From Candidatus Obscuribacteraceae bacterium (GTDB lineage Bacteria; Cyanobacteriota; Vampirovibrionia; Obscuribacterales; Obscuribacteraceae), in the NCBI GenBank assembly GCA_044229845.1, contig JBGASG010000013.1:1-64000 (forward strand): 64,000 nucleotides of DNA. Direction: 5' to 3'. This document shows positions 9,873 through 19,837 of the stretch, in pieces. A program made the translations under genes and the position numbers. The stretch's first letter is position 1. Each line of letters opens with the position of its first letter. The notes beneath the pieces were generated by a model. The model was not told the origin of the DNA. It searched no databases and was given only the letters and a program-made list of their open reading frames with translations.

Positions 9873-11477
9873 ATGGGTCACCTGGTAGAGAACGTCGAAA
9901 ACCAGCTAGCGCTGCTGAGCACCATCGATCTCGATGAGGTCATGGAGACAGTGGCGCGCATTCTGCTGGAAGCCGGGGAGGCCAAAGCCGTTTCTATCCT
10001 CATGTGGGACGAGGACCTGGAGAGTTTCGGCGAGACCGAAGTCTTCGGACCCAAGAAGAAAGAATTTGCCAAGTTCGTCGAAGCGGTGTCCGAAGCGGAC
10101 AGCGACAACCTGTTCAACGGCAAAGTCAGCGGCGAGCTGGACCTCGATGAGGTTTCGGCAAAACTGCCGTCCGACCTGGAATCGGTCATTTACCACAAGC
10201 TGGAAGACTCCGCGGGGCGCTGCGGGCTTATCTTAATCGCCGGCGTCGACCCGGAAGAAGCCGCAGAACTGAGCGAGGAGATCTCGCGCTATCCGATTTT
10301 GCACGCCTTACGCAACTCCTGGGAGGTGCGCGAACTGCGCCGCGAGAACGAGCGCTTGCGCAGTCTTTACGACGAGATGGAACAACAGAACAGCATGCTC
10401 GAAGAGCAAACCCGCAAGCTGATCCACGACACGATGGCCAAGGAGTCTCTGCGCACACGGCATATGGAACAAGCGAAGCTGCTCTACGAGATCAGCAACG
10501 CGGTGCGCAGTTCGCTGGAGATCATGCAGGTGCTGCAGACTTCGGTCGCCAAGATCGGTGTCCAGTTTTCTCTCAGCCGCTGTTTGATCTTGCGCCCGGT
10601 TGCCGGTGGCGATGATGTTGCCGTCAGCGAATATCATCACCCCTCGGTTGAATCAATCAGCAAACTATTCACCGAGGTCGACGGCAGAGAATTTCTGCAA
10701 GCCGCTCTGGAAAGAACAGCGCCACATGATTTCGGCGACCCGTCCATGGAATGCGATCGCGTCTTCAATAACGCGTTGATCAAGCAAATGGCGATGCTGT
10801 CGGGGCTTCTGGTGCCAATTATCATGCGCGACAGGGCGATCGGAGCCATGCTGCTGCAAGACTGCCAGACGCCGCGCCACTGGTCCATCGACGACACCGC
10901 CTTTTTCGGATCGCTGGCCGACAACCTGGCGGTCGCGATCGAAAATGCCGACTTGCACGAAGAGAAGAAACTACAGGCGGTGACTGATGGATTGACGGGC
11001 GTCTCCAACCGCCGCCACTTCAACGACATGTTCCAGAAAGAATTCGAACGCGCCAAGCGTTATGCAGAGCCGCTTTCCTTGATCATAGTCGACCTCGACT
11101 ACCTGAAGAAAATCAACGACACCTACGGTCACCAGGCAGGCGATGAAGCGATCAGATCGATCGGCAAAGTCATGTCCCAATCCTGCCGTTCGGTCGACCT
11201 GCCGGCGCGCTACGGCGGCGAAGAATTCTGCTTGCTTCTACCTAACACCGACCTGGAGATGGCAGCGGTAATTGCTGAACGCCTGCGCAAGCTAATTAAT
11301 GAAACTCAGATCGAAGGACCGGGCAACATCAGCGCCAGCATAGGTCTGGCCAATTACCCGCTGCATGCCAACGAAACAGACTCACTTTTCATGCGCGCCG
11401 ACGAAGCGCTTTATAAAGCCAAGCAAAGTGGTCGAAACCGGGTATGCATAAGCGATGGCGAGCCATCCGCGCACTAA
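9873..11477 (+). CDS. GAF-domain diguanylate cyclase
   Basis: Coiled coil, GAF (PRHWSIDD), TDGLTG, RxxD I-site (RSVD) and GGEEF. SD GAAAGGG before ATG 9873. Confidence 0.93.
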   Translation: MGHLVENVENQLALLSTIDLDEVMETVARILLEAGEAKAVSILMWDEDLESFGETEVFGPKKKEFAKFVEAVSEADSDNLFNGKVSGELDLDEVSAKLPSDLESVIYHKLEDSAGRCGLILIAGVDPEEAAELSEEISRYPILHALRNSWEVRELRRENERLRSLYDEMEQQNSMLEEQTRKLIHDTMAKESLRTRHMEQAKLLYEISNAVRSSLEIMQVLQTSVAKIGVQFSLSRCLILRPVAGGDDVAVSEYHHPSVESISKLFTEVDGREFLQAALERTAPHDFGDPSMECDRVFNNALIKQMAMLSGLLVPIIMRDRAIGAMLLQDCQTPRHWSIDDTAFFGSLADNLAVAIENADLHEEKKLQAVTDGLTGVSNRRHFNDMFQKEFERAKRYAEPLSLIIVDLDYLKKINDTYGHQAGDEAIRSIGKVMSQSCRSVDLPARYGGEEFCLLLPNTDLEMAAVIAERLRKLINETQIEGPGNISASIGLANYPLHANETDSLFMRADEALYKAKQSGRNRVCISDGEPSAH

Positions 11478-11557
11478 TAGCGTATACATCCTTATCCCTG
11501 GAGTATGGAAACCGGATCTGTGAGTAAATAGAGACTAGGCCGCACAGGAGAAATTTC

Positions 11558-12088
11558 ATGGGACTATTTGACGACGTCGTAAAGAATGTCCAGAGCACGG
11601 TTTCGAAGCTGCAGAACACCTCACAAGAGGTCGTGCAAACCGTCAGTATCAATAGCCGAATCAATTCCCTGGAAGCAAAGAAAACCGCCAGTTTCACCAA
11701 CATTGGCAGGCTCATCTACGACAAATACGCCAAAGGCGATGAAGTCTCGGAAGATCTTTTGAAAGAGAAGGTCAAAGAGATAGATGAAATTCAAAAAGAA
11801 ATTGACGTTCTGAAAGCCGACCTGGCCGGCATGAAAGCCCAACACGACCCGGATGTGCCGCGCTCGGCCAAGGCGGACAGCAAAGCGGGCTATACTCCCA
11901 CTCCGGGATTCGAATGCCCGACGTGTCACGCACCCGCCGCTCGCGATAAGCATTTCTGCGTATACTGCGGCTCGACCTTGGGTGAAGCAGCCGAAAAGGC
12001 TGAGAGCGCAGAGAAGAAAGAAAAGTCTTCCAACGGCAAGTCCGGCCATCATGAAGAAGGCGATGGCGACGGCGACAGCGCAGATTGA
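11558..12088 (+). CDS. Coiled-coil protein with a C-terminal zinc ribbon
   Basis: AGGAG SD, helical N-terminus (MGLFDDVVK...IGRLIYD), CPTC-x10-CVYCG. Confidence 0.88.
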   Translation: MGLFDDVVKNVQSTVSKLQNTSQEVVQTVSINSRINSLEAKKTASFTNIGRLIYDKYAKGDEVSEDLLKEKVKEIDEIQKEIDVLKADLAGMKAQHDPDVPRSAKADSKAGYTPTPGFECPTCHAPAARDKHFCVYCGSTLGEAAEKAESAEKKEKSSNGKSGHHEEGDGDGDSAD

Positions 12089-12762
12089 TCGGCGACGTAC
12101 CACCGGACTTAAGACAACTACTGGATGAGGCGCTGACGCGCGTTCATCAGGACATTACCCGGGTCTGGCTGCGCGCTTCGCTGACATACGAATCGGGCGT
12201 GCAGGACAAAAAAGCCATTTTGGTCGGCGGGTCGTGGTCGCCCTTTTTTCTGGACAAGCGGGCGGAGAATCCCTCCCCCTGGGACATGGTGGGCGCCGGC
12301 GCGTTGATTTACAGCCCGCGCATTTTGCACGTCGATGCCATTGACGAAAGCGACAAATTGGAAGACTGGGTGGCGCCACTGCAGGGTTTCGCCAGAGCCG
12401 CCGATGGGTTGCTCTTGATCGCGGACAGCGTCACAAACTCCGAACTGCTCGCCACGCTCGTCATCAACAATGCACGCGGCACGCTGGCGTGCGCTCTGGT
12501 AAAGCCCGGGAAAGAGCCGCCTCCGTCGCTGTGGAAAGTGAACGGACGCAAATACGACACCACCAACAAGGCTCAGCAAGCCCTGGTGCGACGCACAGCT
12601 ACAGCTATTCTTTTTGAGCCGAAAGGCGAAGCGCAACTGCGCAGCCACCTCACCGATATCGCTGTGGTGGCAGTGGGCGGCAAAGATTCCAGCGATATCA
12701 AAGCACGCCTGGACATTACAGCCAGACTGCTTCTCGACATGGAAGAACGTTTCGAAAGCTGA
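12085..12762 (+). CDS. Stand-alone GroEL intermediate+apical-domain-like protein (candidate natural minichaperone)
   Basis: Ordered GroEL-like blocks: [60 protein letters not shown]. No equatorial GDGTT/TLGP motifs. Confidence 0.78.
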   Translation: [225 protein letters not shown]

Positions 12763-12774
12763 ACCGATTTCTTC

Positions 12775-13722
12775 CTACATGCGGGCGTTTTTGCCGCAAT
12801 CCGGACAGAAGAAAAAGTTCGGGCTGACCTTGGCACCACAATGCGGACATGTGCGCAGGTTGAGGTTTTGTTCTTCGGTCGGATAACGACCAGCCATGAT
12901 TTCTTGATACTGCTTGCTCTCGGACCAGTCTTTGATTTCCTTGGCGCGATAGACCGGCAACGGGTGGCTGAGCCAGAGTTCGAAGAAGAACTTGTAGAAC
13001 TTGTTGAGCATGTCGTGATCGAGTTCTTCGTACTTCGCACCTTGTTTGAGAAACTCAGCATGATCGAGCTGGTTGTAGATAGTCTTAGAGCCTGCAGTCA
13101 TCTTCATGTGCGTCTCGAGGCAGACTTCCACATCTTGAGCGACGATCAGCTCAGCGCGGTCGGCAGTCAGTTCAGACTTGCGAGCCCACTCGAAGAGCGC
13201 CACCAGCACACCCTGGGTGATCAACTGGCTCATGCCGAGCGGAATGTTGCGCAACAGAATTTCGAGCAAGAAATAAACGATGGTGCGGTAAAGCACATGT
13301 CCAGCTTTGATGTGTCCAAGTTCGTGTCCGATTACACCCATCAGTTGCTCTTCAGTCAGCAAGTCGACAAGCTCGGAGTGCAACACGATGAACGGGCGCT
13401 CGACACCGAACGTCCAGGCATTCACCGTCCAGTGGTTGATCAAAAACAGATCCGGTTCGTGCATGTCCAGAATGTCGCAAGCTTCTTTCAATAGCTTGTA
13501 GACCTTCGGGCATTGCTTCGGCGTCACGTTTACGGACATGCCCATCAGTCTGACGCGGAAGATGCGCTCGAAGCCCAGCTCCAACATTTTGGTGAATATC
13601 TTGTCTATCAGAGGAATCTTTTTGACCGCATCGAGCGCCGCTCTGTCCAGTGGATGTTCAAACGCGCTGGACGAAATGCGTGGAAACCTTTTTCTGCTTT
13701 TGACTTCTGAAACTGCGCTCAT
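12775..13722 (-). CDS. M48-family metallopeptidase with a C-terminal zinc ribbon
   Basis: NAWT, HELGH, ELTADR, SHP, CPHC-x10-CPDCG. Confidence 0.92.
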   Translation of the reverse strand: MSAVSEVKSRKRFPRISSSAFEHPLDRAALDAVKKIPLIDKIFTKMLELGFERIFRVRLMGMSVNVTPKQCPKVYKLLKEACDILDMHEPDLFLINHWTVNAWTFGVERPFIVLHSELVDLLTEEQLMGVIGHELGHIKAGHVLYRTIVYFLLEILLRNIPLGMSQLITQGVLVALFEWARKSELTADRAELIVAQDVEVCLETHMKMTAGSKTIYNQLDHAEFLKQGAKYEELDHDMLNKFYKFFFELWLSHPLPVYRAKEIKDWSESKQYQEIMAGRYPTEEQNLNLRTCPHCGAKVSPNFFFCPDCGKNARM

Positions 13723-13909
13723 GCCGCCTCCGGTTTACTGGCTTCTGCTTACCTTTCTACCCTCTTTTCTATCTTCTTGCTTGCTTTACAACGGGTTTGG
13801 ACCGCGCAATGCCGCAGAAAGGGCACCCTTTTTTCGGGTCATATCTAGCTTAAGGGGCGGAGCCCTGCCTGAGCATAGGGTTTGCCCCAGAGCGTCTCTG
13901 GTCCCAAGG

Positions 13910-15907
13910 TCAGGACAATGTAATGATTTCGATCCCTCGACCGACGATGACGGCCAGGTTTTCTTTGATGGAAACCGCGGACGCGCCGTTAACGACATTG
14001 AGCGACGCAATCACCTTAGGCGCCCCACCGGAAGAAATGTCCACCAGAGTGGCCTGGTCCTTGCCTTCGCCGGTGTTGCCGACCGTTACCACTTTGTTGC
14101 CGGCCACTGCCAGTGCCGTCCCGTCCTGGGGCAGTTCGATGGAGCCGATTGTGGGCAGATCTGGTTTTTCCACATCGAGCAGCAGCAGAAAGCCGCGCGA
14201 GTTTTGATCGATGGCAGTGATCATCGCGTATTTCTCAGTCAGCACCAGGTCGCGAATGGCCAGGTTAGTGAAGTTGCGAGTCGCGACTTGCTCAACGTTA
14301 TCATCGGCAACTTTCAATAGCGTCAGATCGTTTACGGAAGAAACCAGAAGTTGCCCGCCCAGACACGATGCCCGGCGGAACACCGACGGCAGAGGCATCG
14401 CCTTGCCGGCCTGCAAGTCGTCGCTGGAAAGGTCGATCGAACTGACGGTAGCCTTGTCATTTTTGCTGCTCAAAAGATAGCCGCGCTTTTCTTCTGCGTC
14501 GTAAGCCAGATAACTGCCGGCAATTTTCAACTCGGACGCGACTTCATCCGGTTTGGTCAACGACCGCATGGTCAGACCTTCTCCGGAAAGAATCACGACC
14601 TTGTCACCGACTGCCACCATCGAGCGCACCGGGCTGCCGACATCAGTTGATTCCACGAGAGTCGGGCGTTCCAGTTGCTGCAAGTCGTAGACCTTCAAGT
14701 CGGCACCACCGAGAAGAGCTCGATTTTGCCCGAGCACAACTGACGCCGCCGGCAGCCTGGGGATGGTGTGACTGTACATGTACTCCCACGTGCCTGTCTG
14801 GTTCGTCAGTACCTGCACGCCGCCCCAATCGGAGGCCACATAAGCTTCTTTGACCGTCGCCACGATGCGCGCTTTGGAAGCAGGGCCGCGTTTGCCGGAC
14901 GGCAACAGCACCACATTCGATGCCACCAGCTGCAAGGCTTTGTTGTAGGTTACCGGCAGCACAGCCTGACGTCCCTTGTGGTTGACGAGCAAGAGCAGTT
15001 GCCCCTTTTGAGCCGCACCGTCGAGAATGTCGGTGACGCCCGGCAGGCGCAGCCCCCGCACCACATGCAGTGTCGGCTTGAAACCAACGGCATGAATTTC
15101 GTAGTCTTTTTCCAGATTTTGTCCGCCGACGAGGAAGAAGTCTCTCGTCTTGGCACAGACCTGGTAGGTGCCTTTCAACTTGACGGGCTTGCCCTTGGCG
15201 CGCGGATTGAGCGCCGGCACGATATCGATTTGCGTTTCTTTCGCATCAGCCTGGACTACGATCAAGTTTCTGTCCAACATCTCCAGCTGCGTGATTGGGC
15301 GGTCGAACTGGGCTGAGGCCAGGAGCGTCGGGTCGGCTTTGCGTGAGCGGCTGGCACCGTATACGATGACCTGATTTTCGCCGTTGGCACCGGTTCCAGC
15401 CACCGCCACGATATCGCCGGAGAGAGCCAGTGAAGTGGGCTCGGAGAATCCGTGCAAAGGCATCTGGGCTATTATCGTCGGATCGCTGGACGGCATCAGG
15501 CTGACCACCACCAGCGACCAGACGCCTTCGCCGCCTTTATCCGACCAGGAAAGCGCGTAAGACCGCTGCATGGTGATCGCCATAGCCGGAACACGCTTGC
15601 CGATGCTGGACAGCTCACTGATGACATTGGGAGCGTCGGATTGCTTGAGATCGACAATCACCAGGCGCCCGCCGCTGTCGCCAATCACCGCATAGCCTTT
15701 TTCGCCGACACCTATGTAGTCGGGGACGATCGAAGGCGGCCATTCCTGCCGCGAGATCGAATGAGGTCCGGAGATCGGCTTGCTGGGCTGTTTCTTGCCC
15801 TTAGCGGGCTTCTTTGCAGCGCCGGCTTTGCCGCCCAATGCAAAGGCAGCTTCGGGCGAGATAGCCGCCGCCATTAATCCCAGTAGAAAGCTTCGCCGCG
15901 TAAACAT
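13910..15907 (-). CDS. Tat-exported beta-propeller (LVIVD-repeat-like) protein
   Basis: MFTRRSFLL twin-arginine signal, repeats such as RLVIVDLKQSDAP, LKVYDLQQLERP, LLLLDVEKPDLP. Confidence 0.75.
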   Translation of the reverse strand: MFTRRSFLLGLMAAAISPEAAFALGGKAGAAKKPAKGKKQPSKPISGPHSISRQEWPPSIVPDYIGVGEKGYAVIGDSGGRLVIVDLKQSDAPNVISELSSIGKRVPAMAITMQRSYALSWSDKGGEGVWSLVVVSLMPSSDPTIIAQMPLHGFSEPTSLALSGDIVAVAGTGANGENQVIVYGASRSRKADPTLLASAQFDRPITQLEMLDRNLIVVQADAKETQIDIVPALNPRAKGKPVKLKGTYQVCAKTRDFFLVGGQNLEKDYEIHAVGFKPTLHVVRGLRLPGVTDILDGAAQKGQLLLLVNHKGRQAVLPVTYNKALQLVASNVVLLPSGKRGPASKARIVATVKEAYVASDWGGVQVLTNQTGTWEYMYSHTIPRLPAASVVLGQNRALLGGADLKVYDLQQLERPTLVESTDVGSPVRSMVAVGDKVVILSGEGLTMRSLTKPDEVASELKIAGSYLAYDAEEKRGYLLSSKNDKATVSSIDLSSDDLQAGKAMPLPSVFRRASCLGGQLLVSSVNDLTLLKVADDNVEQVATRNFTNLAIRDLVLTEKYAMITAIDQNSRGFLLLLDVEKPDLPTIGSIELPQDGTALAVAGNKVVTVGNTGEGKDQATLVDISSGGAPKVIASLNVVNGASAVSIKENLAVIVGRGIEIITLS

Positions 15908-15987
15908 CCGGAAACGTATTATATAGGCGTGGAAGCGCGAATGCTTGCTTTGTTAAACGCCCCGTGTCCGCATAGGCGCTGGACGGT

Positions 15988-16227
15988 CTAAGGCAGAGCC
16001 ATTCTGATAGCGCTGACCGCTACCTGCAAAATCACAATCGCCACCATAGGCGACAGGTCGAGTCCGCTAACCGGCGGAATGATTTTGCGGAAGGGCGCGA
16101 GAAATGGACGCACTCCGGCATCAAGTGCCTTGAACGGCTGCTTGTACCAGTTGATATTAGGAAACCAGGAAAGTAAGCACCAGAGAACGACCATGGCGAT
16201 GTAGAGGTTGACTATCCCGGCAACCAT
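15988..16227 (-). CDS. YggT family membrane protein
   Basis: LLSWFPNINW and PFRKIIPPVSGLDLSPMVA. Start uncertain (16227 or 16257). Confidence 0.92.
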   Translation of the reverse strand: MVAGIVNLYIAMVVLWCLLSWFPNINWYKQPFKALDAGVRPFLAPFRKIIPPVSGLDLSPMVAIVILQVAVSAIRMALP

Positions 16228-16334
16228 TTCGCCGACCGACACCGCTCCGTAATGCACGACTGCACCTTCTTGCTAGACGCTACACATTTTGAGATTGTAA
16301 CATTACCCCGTATTCCTCGCTTATCGCCAGGCTC

Positions 16335-17309
16335 ATGCAAGAAATGCAGCCAGACATTCAGCCGGCTCTGACGCGCGAACAGGCTCTTGTCGAATCTATC
16401 AAACAGTGGACCGGCGAGCGCCTGATTGGCGACGATTGCGCCGTGTTGCCGGGCGGCACCCTGGTTACCACCGACACGCTGGTGGAAGGCACACACTTTC
16501 TGCCTTCCATTAAATTCGCCGACCTGGGCTGGAAGGCGGTTGCTGTGAATCTCAGCGACATTGCCGCTATGGCCGGGCGTCCCCGCTACATCACAACCAG
16601 CCTCACCCTACCTCCCGACATTCGCCCGGAAAAGGTAGAGGAGTTGTACCGCGGCATGGTCGAGTGTGCGCGTACATACAGAACCCGCATCGTCGGGGGC
16701 GATCTGACGCAGGGAGCCCTCGTCAGCGTTTCCATTACCGCTCTGGGTGACGTTCACGAAAAAGGGTGCATATTGAGGTCCACTGCTCAGCCGGGCGACA
16801 TAGTTGCCGTCACCGGCGATTTCGGCGCCGCCGGAGCCGCACTGGCGGCCCTGAAAGCCGGCAGCCTGAGCGAGTTTCCGCACCTGACCCGCGCACATTT
16901 TCATCCGCTGCCGCGCCTTTGCGAGTCATGGGCACTGGTGCGCGCCGCCGGCCCGCGGGCGGCCCTGATGGATGCCAGCGACGGGCTCGCCGACGCCCTG
17001 TTTCAAATAGGGCGCGAAAGCGGTGTCGGCATGGAGATTGATTTGAGCAAAGTGCCCGTGCATGCGGAAACCAGGCAGGCGGCCGAGCGGTTTGCGACGC
17101 CGATCGATGACTTTGTTCTGTACGGCGGCGAAGACTATGAACTTGTTGCGGCAATTGATCCGCAAGCCTGGAAAACGCTATCGCAGAGCACTTATAATCC
17201 GTTCGTGGCAATTGGAGCGGTTTCAAGCAGTCGCGAAATTCGTCTTCAGGGACACAGCAAATTGCAGTTGCTGGATGCATCAAAAATGTACCAGCACTTC
17301 CGCAGTTAG
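16335..17309 (+). CDS. thiL: Thiamine-monophosphate kinase
   Basis: IGDDCAV, NLSDIAAMAG, GGDL, MDASDGL, GGEDYEL. Confidence 0.96.
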   Translation: MQEMQPDIQPALTREQALVESIKQWTGERLIGDDCAVLPGGTLVTTDTLVEGTHFLPSIKFADLGWKAVAVNLSDIAAMAGRPRYITTSLTLPPDIRPEKVEELYRGMVECARTYRTRIVGGDLTQGALVSVSITALGDVHEKGCILRSTAQPGDIVAVTGDFGAAGAALAALKAGSLSEFPHLTRAHFHPLPRLCESWALVRAAGPRAALMDASDGLADALFQIGRESGVGMEIDLSKVPVHAETRQAAERFATPIDDFVLYGGEDYELVAAIDPQAWKTLSQSTYNPFVAIGAVSSSREIRLQGHSKLQLLDASKMYQHFRS

Positions 17310-17344
17310 ACGCAGACCGCAAGAGGATTACACAAGGTGATTCG

Positions 17345-18238
17345 ATGCCAGAAGGACTGACAACGCAAGCGCAACGCATGGACGGCAACGCGCTTTCGAC
17401 CATAGTTAAAGAAGAGCTCTCCAAAGAAATCGCCGAGTTCGTCGCTGCCGGCAAGCGACGCCCTGGACTGGCCGTGCTCCTGATCGGTGATGATCCGGCC
17501 AGCCATATCTATGTAAAAAACAAAGTTGCCTCTTGCGGCAAAATCGGCATCGAAAGCACTTTGCACGAATTTCCCTCGACGGCGACCGCCGAAGAGGTTC
17601 TGGCGACAATCAAGAAACTCAATGAAGACGAAACGGTCGACGGCATTCTGGTGCAGTTGCCGCTGCCCAAGGGACTGCCCACCGACACGATACTGAATGC
17701 GGTATCACCGAAGAAAGACGTGGACGGATTGCATCCGTTGAACGCCGGTCTTTTGCTCTCCGGCAAGCGCGGTTTGCGTCCTTGCACTCCCTTCGGCATT
17801 ATGGTGATGCTGGACCGCTATCAAGTACCAATCGAGGGCATGAACGCAGTTGTGATCGGCCGCTCCAATCTAGTCGGCAAGCCGATCGCCCTTATGCTCA
17901 TGGAGCGCAACGCCACCGTCACGATCTGCCACAGCCGCTCCAAGAACTTGCCCGCCATCGTCGGCGCCGCGGACATACTGGTGGTGGCAGCCGGCAAAGA
18001 AGAAATGGTCAAAGGTGAATGGGTGAAGCGCGGTGCCGTGGTTATCGATGTCGGCATTCACCGCCGCGAGCTGGAAGGCGGCAAATCGAAACTGGTCGGC
18101 GATGTAGAATTTCAAACCGCCAACCAGCGAGCATCGCATATCACACCGGTGCCGGGGGGCGTTGGACCGATGACGGTGGCGATGCTTCTGGCAAATACTG
18201 TCGAAGCCTATAAGTCAAATCATTCAGCGAAGCAGTGA
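17345..18238 (+). CDS. folD: Methylenetetrahydrofolate dehydrogenase/cyclohydrolase
   Basis: YVKNK, LVQLPLP, KDVDG, GRSNLVGKP, PVPGGVGPMT. Confidence 0.98.
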   Translation: MPEGLTTQAQRMDGNALSTIVKEELSKEIAEFVAAGKRRPGLAVLLIGDDPASHIYVKNKVASCGKIGIESTLHEFPSTATAEEVLATIKKLNEDETVDGILVQLPLPKGLPTDTILNAVSPKKDVDGLHPLNAGLLLSGKRGLRPCTPFGIMVMLDRYQVPIEGMNAVVIGRSNLVGKPIALMLMERNATVTICHSRSKNLPAIVGAADILVVAAGKEEMVKGEWVKRGAVVIDVGIHRRELEGGKSKLVGDVEFQTANQRASHITPVPGGVGPMTVAMLLANTVEAYKSNHSAKQ

Positions 18239-18852
18239 GCGAAGCAGAAGTAGCAGTCAAACGAATTCCCTTCTGGGCACGAGTTCTAATCGGAGCCACC
18301 GTCTTCTTTATCATCGCCGGCAGCGGTTTTCTGGTCATGACTTCGATGGCGGTTGTCCAGTATTTGCGCGAGAGCACCAGCGCCGCACGCATCGAAAAAA
18401 CCTTGAACGAAATTGCTCTCTTTGGTCCTTTGCCTGCGACGTTCAAATGGGCATTCGCCATGAGCACGCAGATCAATGATGAAACTGCCGGTGTCGCCCT
18501 CGCCGATTACAACCATGAAAACAATCATTCGCGAATGATCATCACGCGCCTGGCGGCCAATAATCGCCGTAAGTTTCCCGATCCAAATGTGTTGATCTCG
18601 CGGTTGGCAGTCAGCGGTATGGCTAACTCCAAGCTCGACATCAAAGAGCGCGGACAGCTGCCGGTGGCGGGCGAAGTCATGTATTACGGCATCGGTCCGG
18701 TGTCCGGCACCAGCGAGAAGACCCAGGGATTTGCCGGCGCTGTTTATCCGTCCAATTCCGACAAGGTGATCGTGCTCTTCGGCGGCACCGCCGGTGATGC
18801 CTACGACATGGATGCCACCAAAGAGTTTCTTTCCACGATCAAGTCATTCTAG
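18235..18852 (+). CDS. Hypothetical single-TM membrane protein
   Basis: GTGA overlap with the folD stop, N-terminal TM followed by a globular domain. Confidence 0.75.
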   Translation: MSEAEVAVKRIPFWARVLIGATVFFIIAGSGFLVMTSMAVVQYLRESTSAARIEKTLNEIALFGPLPATFKWAFAMSTQINDETAGVALADYNHENNHSRMIITRLAANNRRKFPDPNVLISRLAVSGMANSKLDIKERGQLPVAGEVMYYGIGPVSGTSEKTQGFAGAVYPSNSDKVIVLFGGTAGDAYDMDATKEFLSTIKSF

Positions 18853-18880
18853 CGAAACGTCACCGTATCGAGGAACTGCC

Positions 18881-19837
18881 ATGACCAGCACAAAGCCCAT
18901 GAACACGGGCGCCAAATTGACGGAAGTGATCCGTCCGACTACTTTCATCGAAAGTCCGCGGCTGTCGAAGCAACTGGGCGTGGTGTTGACTTTCGCGTCG
19001 GAGACTTTTCAGATCACCGGCAGTTTCAAGTTTCGCGCCGCCTACAATCTGGCAGCCAATGTACCTGAGACCGAGATTATTACGGCTTCTTCGGGCAACT
19101 TCGGGCAGGCGCTCGCTTATGCCTGCACGCTGCTGGGCAAGCGCGCCACCATCGTCATGCCGGAAACATCGGCGCAGGTAAAGATAGATGCGGTGCGCGA
19201 ATTCGGCGGCATCGTCGAATTGGTAGACACGCGCAAAACCCAGCGCGCCGAGAAAGTCAGGGAGCTGGCGCAGGCCAATCCCCGAGCTCGTGTCGCCAGT
19301 GCGTACGATGAAGATCTGGTGATCGAAGGCAACGCCAGTCTCGGGCATGAAATCGCCGGGCGCGGCGATTTCGACTGCGTGATCGTGCCCGTGGGCGGCG
19401 GCGGTTTAATCGCCGGCATCGTCACCGGCATCCGCAGAGCCGGCAACCAGAAAACTGCGGTGATTGGCGCGGAGCCCCAGCTCGCCAATGATGCCAGCCG
19501 GTCGCTCCAGTCAGGCAATATCGTGCGCATGGAAACGGAACCGCCGACAATTGCCGACGGCGCCCGCACCATATCACTCGGCAACGCCAATTGGGAAGTC
19601 ATACGGCGCGAAATTCACGAGATTATCGAAGTCCCCGATGATCAGATCAAATCGGCGGTGAGGCTGGCTTTCACCCATGCCAACTTGAAGACAGAGCCGA
19701 CGGGAGCGCTATCCCTGGGAGCGCTGGTGGCAAACCGCAAGCGCTTTGCCGGGCAGAAGGTGCTCTGCGTCGTCAGCGGCGGAAACGTTGACCCGGCTGT
19801 GTATCAGGCAATATTGTCCGAAGCAGACCGCGGTTAA
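18881..19837 (+). CDS. PLP-dependent threonine/serine dehydratase or racemase family protein
   Basis: TGSFKFR, SSGNFGQ, PVGGGGL, SGGNVD. GAGG SD before ATG 18881. Confidence 0.93.
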   Translation: MTSTKPMNTGAKLTEVIRPTTFIESPRLSKQLGVVLTFASETFQITGSFKFRAAYNLAANVPETEIITASSGNFGQALAYACTLLGKRATIVMPETSAQVKIDAVREFGGIVELVDTRKTQRAEKVRELAQANPRARVASAYDEDLVIEGNASLGHEIAGRGDFDCVIVPVGGGGLIAGIVTGIRRAGNQKTAVIGAEPQLANDASRSLQSGNIVRMETEPPTIADGARTISLGNANWEVIRREIHEIIEVPDDQIKSAVRLAFTHANLKTEPTGALSLGALVANRKRFAGQKVLCVVSGGNVDPAVYQAILSEADRG

